From positions 1 through 52,969 of IMG/VR virus record IMGVR_UViG_3300025098_000066: a stretch of DNA of 52,969 nucleotides; one strand, written 5' to 3'. Under the pieces are notes generated by a model. The model was given only the letters and a program-made list of their open reading frames with translations, had not been told where the DNA came from and did not search any database. Of this stretch, positions 34,978 to 45,468 are shown in pieces. The stretch's first letter is position 1; every line of letters starts with the position of its first letter. Source of the DNA: a virus. Taxonomy: Duplodnaviria > Caudoviricetes. Position numbers and translations under genes: made by a program.

Positions 34978-36820
34978 GAAACGTGTAAATTCTACCGCCA
35001 AGCTACCTTATGCATACGTTGAAAGCCCCGACGATCCACTAGTAGCTGTCCCTGACCCAGAAATGGTGAAGTTGGTAGAAGAAGCCTTAGATGGATTAGA
35101 GGAAGGCCACTCAAGTCGCAGAGTATCAGATTGGCTGACCGATAAGACCGGGGTTAAGATAAGCCATCAAGGCATCATTAACATCTGGAAAGAGCGTAGG
35201 CCAAACTCCAAACGCTTAAAGAAGTTAGCCAAGCAGCGTAAGAAAACCCGCCCTAAGACGCACGAAGAAAAGAAGTTAGCTGCGGTCAAGCGTAAGAAGT
35301 CAGATGCCAAACGTGTTCTGACCATGACCGAAAAGAAGCTGGCACAACTTGAAAGCTCTGATGAAGACACCACGGTTTCGGACACACTCGACTTTGGCTC
35401 TATCGCCACACAAAAGCAAACCCAAGAAGTCGTATTCGCCCCAAATCCAGGGCCGCAAACCGATTTTCTCGCAGCGCCAGAGAGAGAAGTCCTGTTCGGG
35501 GGCGCAGCGGGAGGCGGAAAAAGCTACAGTCTACTCGCAGATCCCATGCGCTATTTTTCAAATCCTGCATTCAGTGGACTCATCCTTCGCCGCACAAACG
35601 ACGAATTGCGTGAGTTGGTTTTCAAGTCACAAGAACTCTATCCGAAAGCGTACCCAGGAGCGAAATGGCAGGAAAAGAAAAGCCAATGGACGTTCCCTTC
35701 TGGAGCAAGACTATGGATGACATATCTTGAGCGTGACGAAGATGTCATGCGTTACCAAGGTCAGTCCTTCTCCTACATTGGGGTAGATGAACTAACTCAG
35801 TATAGTAGTCCCTACAGTTTCAATTATTTACGATCTCGATTGCGTACAACAGACCCTGATTTGCCTACCTACATGCGGGCAACGACGAACCCAGGTGGCC
35901 CTGGGCATCAATGGGTCAAGAAGATGTTTATAGATCCCGCTCCACCAAACAAAAAGTTTGTGGCGCAAGACCTCGAAACAGGTAAACCCCTTGTTTACCC
36001 CGAAACGCATGAAAAGGCAGGTGATCCTTTATTCTACCGCAGGTTCATTCCTGCGAGTTTATACGATAACCCTTACCTAGCTGACGATGGGGCGTATGAG
36101 GCAAATCTTTTGTCTTTGCCAGAGAACCAAAGACGGCAATTACTAGAAGGGGATTGGGCGGTAGCGGATGGCGCTGCGTTCCCAGAGTTTAAACAATCGG
36201 TTCATGTGGTAGAACCTTTCGACATACCATCTGAATGGGTACGATTTAGATCAGCGGATTACGGATATAGTTCGTGGAGTGCAGTACACTGGTTCGCAAT
36301 AGACCCTGCCTACGAAACTCTGATCGTTTATAGGGAGCTATATCTCAGTAAGCATACAGGCAAAGACTTAGCAGCCGCTGTTATGGAAGCTGAAGTGGGA
36401 GACAGGATTAACTACGGCGTCTTGGATAGCTCATGTTGGCACAACCGAGGACAAATAGGCCCTTCCATTGCAGAGGAAATGATAAACATGGGATGCAGAT
36501 GGCGTCCTAGTGATAGATCCTCTGGAGCAAGGGTAGCTGGTAAGAACCAATTTCATCAACGCTTGAAGGTAGACGAAGCTACAGAGCAACCGGGTATAGT
36601 TTTCTTTGATACTTGCCGCCAGATTATAGCGGATCTTCCTTCGATACCATCTGATCCCAAGGGTAGCGATGACATCGATCCTAGATACGCCACCGACCAT
36701 GCCTACGACAGTGTTCGCTACGGAATAATGAGCCGACCTAGGGCATTTTCACCTTTCGATATGGGTAGAGGCGTACCTGAACGCACTTACAGACCATCAG
36801 ATTCAGCATTTGGATACTAA
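34964..36820 (+). CDS. terL: Terminase large subunit with extra N-terminal DNA-binding-like domain
   Basis: GGAAGGGKS, IGVDE, TTNPGG, SADYG, DHAYDSVRY. Confidence 0.93.
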   Translation: MWQNKKRVNSTAKLPYAYVESPDDPLVAVPDPEMVKLVEEALDGLEEGHSSRRVSDWLTDKTGVKISHQGIINIWKERRPNSKRLKKLAKQRKKTRPKTHEEKKLAAVKRKKSDAKRVLTMTEKKLAQLESSDEDTTVSDTLDFGSIATQKQTQEVVFAPNPGPQTDFLAAPEREVLFGGAAGGGKSYSLLADPMRYFSNPAFSGLILRRTNDELRELVFKSQELYPKAYPGAKWQEKKSQWTFPSGARLWMTYLERDEDVMRYQGQSFSYIGVDELTQYSSPYSFNYLRSRLRTTDPDLPTYMRATTNPGGPGHQWVKKMFIDPAPPNKKFVAQDLETGKPLVYPETHEKAGDPLFYRRFIPASLYDNPYLADDGAYEANLLSLPENQRRQLLEGDWAVADGAAFPEFKQSVHVVEPFDIPSEWVRFRSADYGYSSWSAVHWFAIDPAYETLIVYRELYLSKHTGKDLAAAVMEAEVGDRINYGVLDSSCWHNRGQIGPSIAEEMINMGCRWRPSDRSSGARVAGKNQFHQRLKVDEATEQPGIVFFDTCRQIIADLPSIPSDPKGSDDIDPRYATDHAYDSVRYGIMSRPRAFSPFDMGRGVPERTYRPSDSAFGY

Positions 36821-36823
36821 AAT

Positions 36824-38977
36824 ATGGCTTTAATGGACAGACCAGAAAATTCTAACATGGAAGACGCTACCGAAACGGATCGTGTAGTGGCTTTGGAAGA
36901 AGATGGTGACGTAGAGCAGGAGAATACAGAGTATTCTGGGGTTGTTTCGTTTATTGACGGGCAGTTTCGTAGGTCAAAAGACCATCGACGCACTGACGAA
37001 GACCGATGGCTGACCGCATACCGCAATTACCGTGGTATATACGGGGCAGATGTACAGTTCACTGACACTGAGAAGTCCCAAGCATTTATTAAAATCACAA
37101 AAACTAAGGTATTAGCCGCATACGCACAGGTTGTGGACGTACTTTTCGCTGGTGGCAAGTATCCTCTAGGTATTGAGCAGCGTAAATTCCCAAATAACGT
37201 GGCTGACGCTGTACATTTTGATCCTAACTCCCTGACAACGGAAAAAGTTAAAGATAAAGTAGGCGTAGACTACAAAGTACCTCGTAATATCGTGCGTCCT
37301 GAGATCGCCAAAGAGTTAGGTGTGTACTCAGAGAAGTTAAAGCCGATTGAGGGCGAGCTTGAGGTTGGTGCAGGTACAAATCCTGGTTCTATTACGTTTG
37401 AACCTGCTAAAGTTGCCGCTCAGAAGATGGAAAAGCGTATGCATGACCAGCTTGAGGAGTCTCAAGCGTCTAAGCACCTACGTTCAATGGCATTTGAGTG
37501 TGCATTGCTGGGGCATGGCCTAATCAAAGGGCCATTTGCCCACGATAAGGAATATCCTCGCTGGACTGACGAAGGTGAGTACGATCCTCTCTTTGAAACT
37601 ATTCCTAAAGTAGAATTCGTCAGCATTTGGGACTTCTATCCCGATCCAGACGCCAGAAATATGGCGGAAGCTGAGTATACGGTACAACGGCATCGTTTAA
37701 ACCGCTCTCAGATGCGGGGACTAAAGAAACGCCCCCATTTCCGTGATGAAAGCATTGAATTGGCGATTGAGTATGGCCCTAGCTACACCAGAGCCTATTG
37801 GGAAGACGCTTTAGAGGACAATGCCAGTTCAGATCAAATAGATCGCTACGAAGTACTGGAGTATTGGGGCGTTATTGATGCCGAATTGGCTGAAGAAGCC
37901 GATCTGGACATCCCAGACGAATATGAGGATCAGGACGAAATACAGGTCAATATATGGGTCTGTAACGGTCAAATCCTGCGTTTAGTGCTAAATCCGTTCA
38001 CTCCTAGCCGTATTCCCTACCATGCAGTTCCATATGAGCTTAACCCGTATAGCTTTTTTGGTATTGGTGTTGCAGAGAACATGGAAGATACCCAACTTCT
38101 AATGAACGGTTTTTACCGTATGGCAATTGATAACGGGGCGCTATCAGGTAACCTTCTGATTGAGATTGATGAAACTAATCTAGTACCTGGTCAGGATCTA
38201 AGTGTGTACCCAGGCAAGGTGTTTCGGCGTCAGGCGGGTGCGCCAGGACAGGCCATATTTGGAACCAAATTCCCTAACGTATCGCAAGAATTAATGATGA
38301 TGTTTGATAAGTCCCGCCAGCTTGCTGATGAGGCTACAGGCATTCCTAGCTACTCTCACGGCACTACAGGAGTTATGGGGGTAGGTCGTACCGCTAGTGG
38401 TATGTCGATGTTGATGGGTGCTGCACAGGCTAACATCAAAGCGGTGGTGCGAAACATCGATGACTACTTATTGGCTCCGCTGGGTAAGGCGTTATTCAGT
38501 TTCAACATGCAATTTAACTTTGACAAGGAATTTGTTGGGGATTTGGAAGTTATTGCTAAAGGCACGGAAAGCCTAATGCGTAATGAGATCCGCAGCCAGC
38601 GTCTGCTCCAGTTCATGCAGATGACCCAGAACCAACAGATGGCTCCGTTTGTTAAATACGATTATGTTTTGCGTGAGTTGGCGGCGTCGATGGACTTGGA
38701 TGAAGACAAGATCCTTAACGATCAACGTGAGGCGATTATACAAGCTAAGATGATGGCAGAGATCCAAGCGATGATGCCCCAGCCTGAAGGCCCTCCAGCG
38801 CCCCCAGAAGGTGGCCCACCTAATCCTAGTGATCCGACAGGAACAGGCGGCGGAAACATAGCACCAGGAGAGGCTCCCGTACCAGGAGCAGAAGGCTTCA
38901 CAGGCGCAGGTGGTGGAGACAATGGGGGGCAGCAACCCGCACCCCCTAATGCCGCACCACAAGGACAGCCTCAGTAA
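36824..38977 (+). CDS. Portal protein
   Basis: Follows TerL; WDFYPDP, FFGIGVAE, RTASGMSM; Pro/Gly tail. Confidence 0.88.
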   Translation: MALMDRPENSNMEDATETDRVVALEEDGDVEQENTEYSGVVSFIDGQFRRSKDHRRTDEDRWLTAYRNYRGIYGADVQFTDTEKSQAFIKITKTKVLAAYAQVVDVLFAGGKYPLGIEQRKFPNNVADAVHFDPNSLTTEKVKDKVGVDYKVPRNIVRPEIAKELGVYSEKLKPIEGELEVGAGTNPGSITFEPAKVAAQKMEKRMHDQLEESQASKHLRSMAFECALLGHGLIKGPFAHDKEYPRWTDEGEYDPLFETIPKVEFVSIWDFYPDPDARNMAEAEYTVQRHRLNRSQMRGLKKRPHFRDESIELAIEYGPSYTRAYWEDALEDNASSDQIDRYEVLEYWGVIDAELAEEADLDIPDEYEDQDEIQVNIWVCNGQILRLVLNPFTPSRIPYHAVPYELNPYSFFGIGVAENMEDTQLLMNGFYRMAIDNGALSGNLLIEIDETNLVPGQDLSVYPGKVFRRQAGAPGQAIFGTKFPNVSQELMMMFDKSRQLADEATGIPSYSHGTTGVMGVGRTASGMSMLMGAAQANIKAVVRNIDDYLLAPLGKALFSFNMQFNFDKEFVGDLEVIAKGTESLMRNEIRSQRLLQFMQMTQNQQMAPFVKYDYVLRELAASMDLDEDKILNDQREAIIQAKMMAEIQAMMPQPEGPPAPPEGGPPNPSDPTGTGGGNIAPGEAPVPGAEGFTGAGGGDNGGQQPAPPNAAPQGQPQ

Positions 38978-39141
38978 TGTGGGTACTTCTGTTTTTTCAG
39001 ATATTGAATAGCAACGTAACGCATTACCAGCTAGGCCAGTATCCTAGCGAGAAAATCTGCATGGAAGAAATGACTAAGGCGAGTGTTCTAGTCACTACCA
39101 ACAACATTGCGTTGTACTGTTTCGAGGTGATCAATGAATAA
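38977..39141 (+). CDS. Small hypothetical protein, 54 aa (not in ORF track)
   Basis: TAATG-coupled; MWVLLFF...C...LYCF. Confidence 0.6.
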   Translation: MWVLLFFQILNSNVTHYQLGQYPSEKICMEEMTKASVLVTTNNIALYCFEVINE

Positions 39142-39412
39142 CGTAAAATTACCTATAGCTTTGGTTTTAGCTATGGCTATTCAGTTCGGTGGTGCAATTT
39201 GGTGGGTATCCCAGCAAGCATATATTATCGAAAGCTTGCGTGAAGAAGTGTCTGAATTACAGGAAATTACAGAAGTTCTAGGCTTAGACGTAAACCAACT
39301 TATCCTGTTCGCAACATTTACGGAAAATCGCTGGGCGGAAGCTTACGCAGAGGACATGACTTATATACGCCAATTTGGCACAAAAGCTGTCCCTAAAAAT
39401 ACAGGTAAATAA
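39134..39412 (+). CDS. Hypothetical membrane protein
   Basis: N-terminal TM helix. Confidence 0.65.
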   Translation: MNNVKLPIALVLAMAIQFGGAIWWVSQQAYIIESLREEVSELQEITEVLGLDVNQLILFATFTENRWAEAYAEDMTYIRQFGTKAVPKNTGK

Positions 39413-39627
39413 TGGATAAGAGCTTTTATCGTCTATTGCTTCCTTTGGTGAATAACAAAGAGCAAATGAACCTACTGCACTATTACGTTGCGGCTAGAAT
39501 TGAAGGTCTTCGTGACCTTCTAGAAAAACAAAAAGACCCCCAGAGAATTTTAGAAGTTCAGGGGGCAATAAAAGAACTTCGTAGATTTAAAACGCTTCGT
39601 GACGAAGTGATTAAGGGTGCAGAATAA
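39412..39627 (+). CDS. Conserved small head-module protein
   Basis: QGAIKELRRFKTLRDEV motif. Confidence 0.7.
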   Translation: MDKSFYRLLLPLVNNKEQMNLLHYYVAARIEGLRDLLEKQKDPQRILEVQGAIKELRRFKTLRDEVIKGAE

Positions 39628-40766
39628 TGGACTTAGAGCCAAAAAAAGTAGCTGGGGTAACCACCCGTAACGGTAAGCCTGTCTGGACGAATGCAGAGAA
39701 CAAAGAACCGTACTCTGAGAAATCATCATCTTTTGAATATGGTGACGCAATATTGGTTACGCCAACAATCGATCCCACTAACGGCAAGCCGTACGACTTA
39801 AAACAACTCTTTGATTACTATGCGGAGAATGGCCCCTACGATAAGTACACGGGCGAGAAGCTGCCCATGTTTGAAGATGAGGATATGGCTACTGAGTATT
39901 CTAAGTGGCGTTCTCAAAATCTCTTTAACACCGATCTGACAGAGCAACAGTTCTACACTGGCGAGAGCGATATGTACTCACCACAAGACGGCTCAGATGT
40001 CTCAATAAAAGAACGCATTAAAGACGCAATGTTTCATGCCGGGGAAATTAGAGATGACGTAGTAGGTTTTTTTGGTGGCGATGCCCCAGAGTACGCACTT
40101 GGTGGTCTTGCCACCTCTCAAAAAGGCATCACCACACAGGAAGGTTTGGACATGGCTAATAACAGATTTCAACTAGATCAGAAGAAAGCCGACTTAGATA
40201 AAGACGGTAAACTTAGTGATTACGAAGAGGCCCGTGGAGAGGCCATCCAGAAAGCTAAAGCTGACGATCCAGAGAATGATGAAAAGATGAAGATGTACCA
40301 CGGCGGCATGTCTTGTGGATGCGGTGGTGATTGCGATGGTTCTTGTGGGGGCGGTATGATGTCAGACCCTGTATCAGGAAATCCTATTCCCGTGGGTTCC
40401 AGTGCAGAGAATGTACGGGACGATATCGAAGCAATGATTAGCGAAGGTGAATACGTTTTACCCGCTAACGTGGTTAAATGGCATGGACTTAAACATATCA
40501 TGGATATGCAGTCAGAGGCTGAAATGGGCCTCATGGGCATGTTTGATATGGGCCTAATACAATACGCAGGTGAAGAGGAAGCTGAAGAACCTGAAGAGGT
40601 TACTGAGGCAGAAGACGATGTTCCTTCCGAGGAAATCGATATCGAAGTCGCCGCCGTAGAGGTGGATGACATGCTGGATGAAGATGAGGAAGTCGAGGAG
40701 GTCTACCCCAAAACATCCAAACTACCAGGCATGATGAACACACCAAAAATGGTGTTCATGTCCTAA
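39627..40766 (+). CDS. Putative head-associated virion protein
   Basis: DPVSGNPIP...DDIEAMISEGEYVLPANVV motif; EF-hand-like loop; acidic tail. Confidence 0.6.
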   Translation: MDLEPKKVAGVTTRNGKPVWTNAENKEPYSEKSSSFEYGDAILVTPTIDPTNGKPYDLKQLFDYYAENGPYDKYTGEKLPMFEDEDMATEYSKWRSQNLFNTDLTEQQFYTGESDMYSPQDGSDVSIKERIKDAMFHAGEIRDDVVGFFGGDAPEYALGGLATSQKGITTQEGLDMANNRFQLDQKKADLDKDGKLSDYEEARGEAIQKAKADDPENDEKMKMYHGGMSCGCGGDCDGSCGGGMMSDPVSGNPIPVGSSAENVRDDIEAMISEGEYVLPANVVKWHGLKHIMDMQSEAEMGLMGMFDMGLIQYAGEEEAEEPEEVTEAEDDVPSEEIDIEVAAVEVDDMLDEDEEVEEVYPKTSKLPGMMNTPKMVFMS

Positions 40767-40809
40767 CGGGCTACCCGCCTAAGAGCGGCCCCCAAAGAGG
40801 CAAAATACA

Positions 40810-41589
40810 ATGGCAAAATATAGACGTTTAGATGAAGACGATAATGGTCTTTCTTACTCCGAGGAGTTAGCAAAAGAACAAGAGGTTCAGTCAGGTGGCC
40901 CCGAGCCAGTTGATGCGGAAGATGCAACGTACAAAAAACGGTACGGAGATCTTCGTCGGCACTCTCACCAATTGATGCAGCAAAAGGATCAAGAAGTCGC
41001 TCAAATGAAGGCGCAACTTGAACAGGCCGCAAAGGGGCAAATTAAATTCCCTAAAACTGATGAAGAGATTGACCAGTGGTCAAAGAAATACCCTGACGTT
41101 GCTAAAATTGTTGATTCAATTGCTCGAAAACGTGCAAACGAGGCTCTGGAAGAGGGCGAGAAGCGGATGGCAGGGCTAAAGCAGCTTGAACACAAGCTCA
41201 CCCGCAAAGAAGCTGAACAACAACTTGTTAAGATGCATCCTGATTTCCATGACATTCGGCAGGATTCTTCCTTTCACGAATGGGTAGCTATGCAGCCACA
41301 GTACATTCAAGATGCTTTGTATAAAAACAACACTAACGCTGTTGAAGCTTCCCGTGCCATTGATCTTTATAAAGCGGATACAGGCAAGCGTAAGAGTAAG
41401 AGTAGGTCAGCCGCACAGGCAGTAGGGCGTACATCTAGTTCTGCCCCTAGTACAAACCAACGTGGCGCATTTTCTGAAAGTCAGATCGCATCTATGTCAG
41501 ACGCAGATTTCATTAAGAACGAAGAGGCCATAAAAGAGGCTGTCCGTAATGGAAGTTTTGTTTATGACCAAACTGGCGCAGCAAGGTAG
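40810..41589 (+). CDS. Capsid scaffolding protein
   Basis: YKKRYGDLRRH, HPDF, coiled coil; precedes MCP. Confidence 0.75.
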   Translation: MAKYRRLDEDDNGLSYSEELAKEQEVQSGGPEPVDAEDATYKKRYGDLRRHSHQLMQQKDQEVAQMKAQLEQAAKGQIKFPKTDEEIDQWSKKYPDVAKIVDSIARKRANEALEEGEKRMAGLKQLEHKLTRKEAEQQLVKMHPDFHDIRQDSSFHEWVAMQPQYIQDALYKNNTNAVEASRAIDLYKADTGKRKSKSRSAAQAVGRTSSSAPSTNQRGAFSESQIASMSDADFIKNEEAIKEAVRNGSFVYDQTGAAR

Positions 41590-41590
41590 C

Positions 41591-41619
41591 TTGCAAAGTA
41601 AATAGTTAAGTGCTATAAT
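41591..41619 (+). promoter_or_regulatory. Capsid promoter
   Basis: TTGCAA-17bp-TATAAT with extended TG. Confidence 0.75.
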
Positions 41620-41626
41620 AAAGGTA

Positions 41627-42000
41627 TTCAGCTAGAGGCTGTTCTGAGGCAGTTGGGTGTTCTTCTAGTTGGATTATGTCTTGGTCTGTATTTATTAAAG
41701 AGGATCAAGGAGTCACCTGAGTATGTGACGTATCAACTGCTCTTTACTCTTTGAAGATACGTTTCCATGAGACATATTTTCTAAGAGGCTTACCTCTTAA
41801 AACACAGAATAGAGCCACCGCAAGGTCTACCTCTGTTTCTGCTTATTCCCAAGAATTTAGACGTTTAGTCCACCAGTGTGGTGAGGCCCGTTTGCTTGTT
41901 AGCTGCAACTAATTAGGCACTCGCACCCTCATATATCACTGCCACTCAATTGTCCTCTTCGGGGTCTGTTCGGGCATTTCGCCCCGCCATTCCAAAGGAG
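41627..42000 (+). ncRNA. Long structured 5' leader (or ncRNA) upstream of the capsid gene
   Basis: Consecutive helices with G-U pairs; GCAA and UUCG tetraloops; no ORF in the track. Confidence 0.55.
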
Positions 42001-42008
42001 TACATAAA

Positions 42009-43055
42009 ATGGCATTCGCAAAAGCATCAGGTTATACCAACCTAAACTCAGGCGGCTTCTCGCCCGTCATCTACAGTAAAAAAGCCCAGCTTGCTTTCAG
42101 GAAAAGTTCTGTAGTCGAAGCTGTGACTAACACAGATTACGCTGGTGAGATCGCTCAACACGGAGATTCAGTGACCATCGTCCGTGAGCCAACAATCACT
42201 ATCAACAATCTGGAACGTGGTACAACACTCGCAACGCAAGATCTGACAGATACTTCGTTCACGATGGTTGTAGACAAAGCTAACTACTGGCAGTTCACAC
42301 TGGCGGATATTGAAGTTGCGCATTCTCACTTAAATTTCATGGACTTAGCAAGTGATCGTGCTGGCTATGATCTTCGTGACGCATTCGATGCGGAAGTTCT
42401 TGGCTATATGTCTGGTTGGAAAACACCAGGTGCATGGGCACGGAACACAACCACATCTGGTTCTGTAGCTAATACTGCCGCAGGTACGGATGAATTGCTT
42501 GCGGCTAACAAGCTGGATATCACTGACTTTGGTGGTTCTGACTTGGGTGCTGATGGCGAAGTAACATCTATCCCACTCGCCGCTGGCGGTGGAGCAGGTG
42601 GTATTACTTCACCATTAGCTGTTATGAACCGCATCAATCGTAAGATGGATGAGGCCAATGTAGCTACAGACGGGCGTTATATCGTAATCTCACCCCTAGT
42701 AGCAGAAATCCTTCTCGATGAATCGAGCAAGTTAATAAATGCTGATTTCGGTGGTTCGGATGAAATCCGTAACGGCAAGCTCCCAGCTAAAATCCGTAAC
42801 TTTACTGTCTATGTGTCGAACAATCTGCCTTACGTTGGCAACCTCGACACCACAGCGGCTGCGGGTTCCGAAACTAACTTCGGAGTGATGGTAGCTGGTC
42901 ACGATAGTGCTGTAGCAGTAGCTGATCAGATCGCCAAGGTGGAGACATTCCGTTCTCCAGATACCTTCAGCGATGTTGTCCGGGGCATGCAATTATACGG
43001 ACGCAAGATCCTTCGCCCAGAGGCGTTGTTCACGGCGAACTATAACCTCGCATAA
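42009..43055 (+). CDS. Major capsid protein (HK97 fold, P22-coat-like)
   Basis: FSPVIYSKK, GEI...GDSVTI, VRGMQLYGRKILRPE; AAGGAG SD. Confidence 0.9.
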   Translation: MAFAKASGYTNLNSGGFSPVIYSKKAQLAFRKSSVVEAVTNTDYAGEIAQHGDSVTIVREPTITINNLERGTTLATQDLTDTSFTMVVDKANYWQFTLADIEVAHSHLNFMDLASDRAGYDLRDAFDAEVLGYMSGWKTPGAWARNTTTSGSVANTAAGTDELLAANKLDITDFGGSDLGADGEVTSIPLAAGGGAGGITSPLAVMNRINRKMDEANVATDGRYIVISPLVAEILLDESSKLINADFGGSDEIRNGKLPAKIRNFTVYVSNNLPYVGNLDTTAAAGSETNFGVMVAGHDSAVAVADQIAKVETFRSPDTFSDVVRGMQLYGRKILRPEALFTANYNLA

Positions 43056-43064
43056 CACTTACTT

Positions 43065-43091
43065 GGGGGGCGGGTCAAGTACCCGCCCTTC
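43065..43091 (+). terminator. GC-rich hairpin after capsid gene (attenuator/stabiliser)
   Basis: GGGCGGGT/ACCCGCCC stem, weak U-tract. Confidence 0.55.
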
Positions 43092-43110
43092 ACTTAATTA
43101 AGGTTAAATT

Positions 43111-43800
43111 ATGCCATCTACTTATATCGATCTGTGTAACCAAACCCTTCGACGCCTGAATGAGGTGGAGATTGCGGAAGCCGACTTTGGGTCGGTTCGT
43201 GGTGTTCAAGCACTCGTTAAGGATGCCGTGAAGGCGGCTGTAGCTAAGATCAACCAAGCGGAGTTTGGGTGGCCTTTTAACGCCGCAGAAGAGACTGACA
43301 CATTAGTAGCAGGTCAGACAGAATACGCCTGGCCTCAATATTTTAAAATAGCGGATTGGAATAGTTTTCAAATCCAATCAGACGATAATCTAGGTGCAGG
43401 TTTTAAAACTCTTAAATTTATAGAACAGGATGAATGGTATTCTACATATCGTGACGCCGACTACACCGCTGGTTCAGAAGGTAGGGATATCCCAGAGTTT
43501 GTATTTCCAAGCCACGGTAATGGATATGGCGTGAGTCCTTCCCCAAACAAAGCGTACACATTAAAGTTTCGTTATTTTATGAATTACACAGACATCACTA
43601 ATGCAACAGATGTCACCCGTATTCCAGAGAGCTATGATACCGTCCTAATAGATGGGGCGCTGTACCATTTATATATGTTTAAAGACAACGTGGAATCCGC
43701 CCAGGTCGCTTTTATAGCCTTTGAGAAGGGCGTTAAGGATCTGCAAACACTATTTATAAACAACAATGTCTCCATAAGAGACACTAGGATTAAATTCTAG
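43111..43800 (+). CDS. Head-tail adaptor / tail tubular protein A-like
   Basis: YIDLCNQTLRRLNE...WPF; position after MCP. Confidence 0.7.
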   Translation: MPSTYIDLCNQTLRRLNEVEIAEADFGSVRGVQALVKDAVKAAVAKINQAEFGWPFNAAEETDTLVAGQTEYAWPQYFKIADWNSFQIQSDDNLGAGFKTLKFIEQDEWYSTYRDADYTAGSEGRDIPEFVFPSHGNGYGVSPSPNKAYTLKFRYFMNYTDITNATDVTRIPESYDTVLIDGALYHLYMFKDNVESAQVAFIAFEKGVKDLQTLFINNNVSIRDTRIKF

Positions 43801-45465
43801 ATGCCCGATCAAATTCAATCCTTCAAGCTAGTCAGTAGCGGTGGTCTGAACAGTAACGAAAATCATCTAGATCTTTCGGACAATAGACCAGGATCAGCCA
43901 CACGACTTGTTAACTACGAACCAGGCCTCTTCGGGGGCTATCGTCGTATTGAAGGCTACTCACAATTTGATAGCGACTACGGCGAAGTGACGGTTGATGG
44001 ACAGACTACAGGACAGGGCAAGGTCTTAGGTCTGGCTATCTTTAAAGAAGACGTAACGAATACCACTAAGATTATTGCCGCCCGTCAGGATGCAGGGGCT
44101 AATACTTACAGCTTCTACTTCTACACTAAATCAATTGGCTGGCGTAAGTATACACTAGACCACTCAGTATCTCGTCCGATGACCCTGAACGGATTAACCG
44201 TAGATAAGCTGCGTCACGCTACTTTTAACTTTGGCACAGGTAACCACATCGTCTTCGTAGACGGGGTAAACCCTGCTATCGTATTTAACGGGGCAAACTG
44301 GAAAGAAATCAAGTCTTCTCACTCTGGTGGATACGATGCTGCAAATAATACTGCGGGTGGCCCACAGGCGCTGAACGCCCCTGCTTTGGTAGATGTATTT
44401 GAGAACCATGTTTTCTTATCAGGTCACGAAGCTACCGCAGCGGCAGTAGCACATAGCGCACCTAATGATCCGTATACTTGGACTACTGCGGCGGGTGGTG
44501 GACAACTGGCTTCTGGCTTTGATGTAGTACAGATTAAACCGTTCCGTGATGACTTATTCGTTTTCGGCGGCAACTCAATCAAGAAGATTGGGGTAGATGG
44601 CTCTGGTAACTTTACTCTCGCACAGGTCACCGCAAACGTAGGCTGCGTGGCACGGGACAGTGTACTGGAAATCGGCGGGGATCTGATGTTCCTCGCACCT
44701 GATGGCTTCAGACCGTGCGCTTCAACTTCTCGCATTGGGGATGTGGAGCTTGAAACATTAAGTAAGCCCATACAAGCCACTCTAGTTGATATTATTAAGA
44801 ACGAAGACATGACTACGCTGAATGGCGTTGTGATTAGGTCTAAGTCTCAAGTCAGGTATTTTATCGGGGACGGTGGGGTTTTGGCGGGGGATAGTCTTGG
44901 TATTATCGGTGGATTAACTAATAGCTCTGGTTCTATTGGTTGGGAGTTTGGGGAACTTTTAGGTATTCGAGCTTCTTGCTGCACTAGTGGATACATTGGA
45001 ACCACAGAGTTCATATTACACGGTGATTATGACGGCAAAGTATACAAGCAAGAAGACGGCATAAGCTTTAATGGTGAAGATATCGTAAGTATTTACGCTA
45101 CACCTTATTTAGATTTTGGCGAGACAGAACAACGCAAAATAATGCGAAAGATAAATACATTCATTCGGGCAGAAGGCCCGTTAGAAATGTTGCTTTCCAT
45201 GACCTACGATTGGGGTGACGGGGCTGTTTCAACGCCATCCACATACTCACAGACATCTTCAGGAGCGCCTACCCAATACGATGGTAGGAACATTAATTAT
45301 GCTGCCACAAACGTACTGTATGGCGGCTCATCTAAGCCAATTATGACCAGCGACATTCAAGGATCAGGTTTCTCTGCACAAGCCACTTTTGTGACCGTAG
45401 GGCAGACGGAATCATTTTCTATTCAAGGTATGGTCTTTGAATTTACGGCGGCAGGGAGAAGATAA
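43801..45465 (+). CDS. Tail nozzle / tubular protein B-like
   Basis: GGLN...GGYRRIEGY; beta-rich; position. Confidence 0.7.
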   Translation: MPDQIQSFKLVSSGGLNSNENHLDLSDNRPGSATRLVNYEPGLFGGYRRIEGYSQFDSDYGEVTVDGQTTGQGKVLGLAIFKEDVTNTTKIIAARQDAGANTYSFYFYTKSIGWRKYTLDHSVSRPMTLNGLTVDKLRHATFNFGTGNHIVFVDGVNPAIVFNGANWKEIKSSHSGGYDAANNTAGGPQALNAPALVDVFENHVFLSGHEATAAAVAHSAPNDPYTWTTAAGGGQLASGFDVVQIKPFRDDLFVFGGNSIKKIGVDGSGNFTLAQVTANVGCVARDSVLEIGGDLMFLAPDGFRPCASTSRIGDVELETLSKPIQATLVDIIKNEDMTTLNGVVIRSKSQVRYFIGDGGVLAGDSLGIIGGLTNSSGSIGWEFGELLGIRASCCTSGYIGTTEFILHGDYDGKVYKQEDGISFNGEDIVSIYATPYLDFGETEQRKIMRKINTFIRAEGPLEMLLSMTYDWGDGAVSTPSTYSQTSSGAPTQYDGRNINYAATNVLYGGSSKPIMTSDIQGSGFSAQATFVTVGQTESFSIQGMVFEFTAAGRR

Positions 45466-45468
45466 ACT

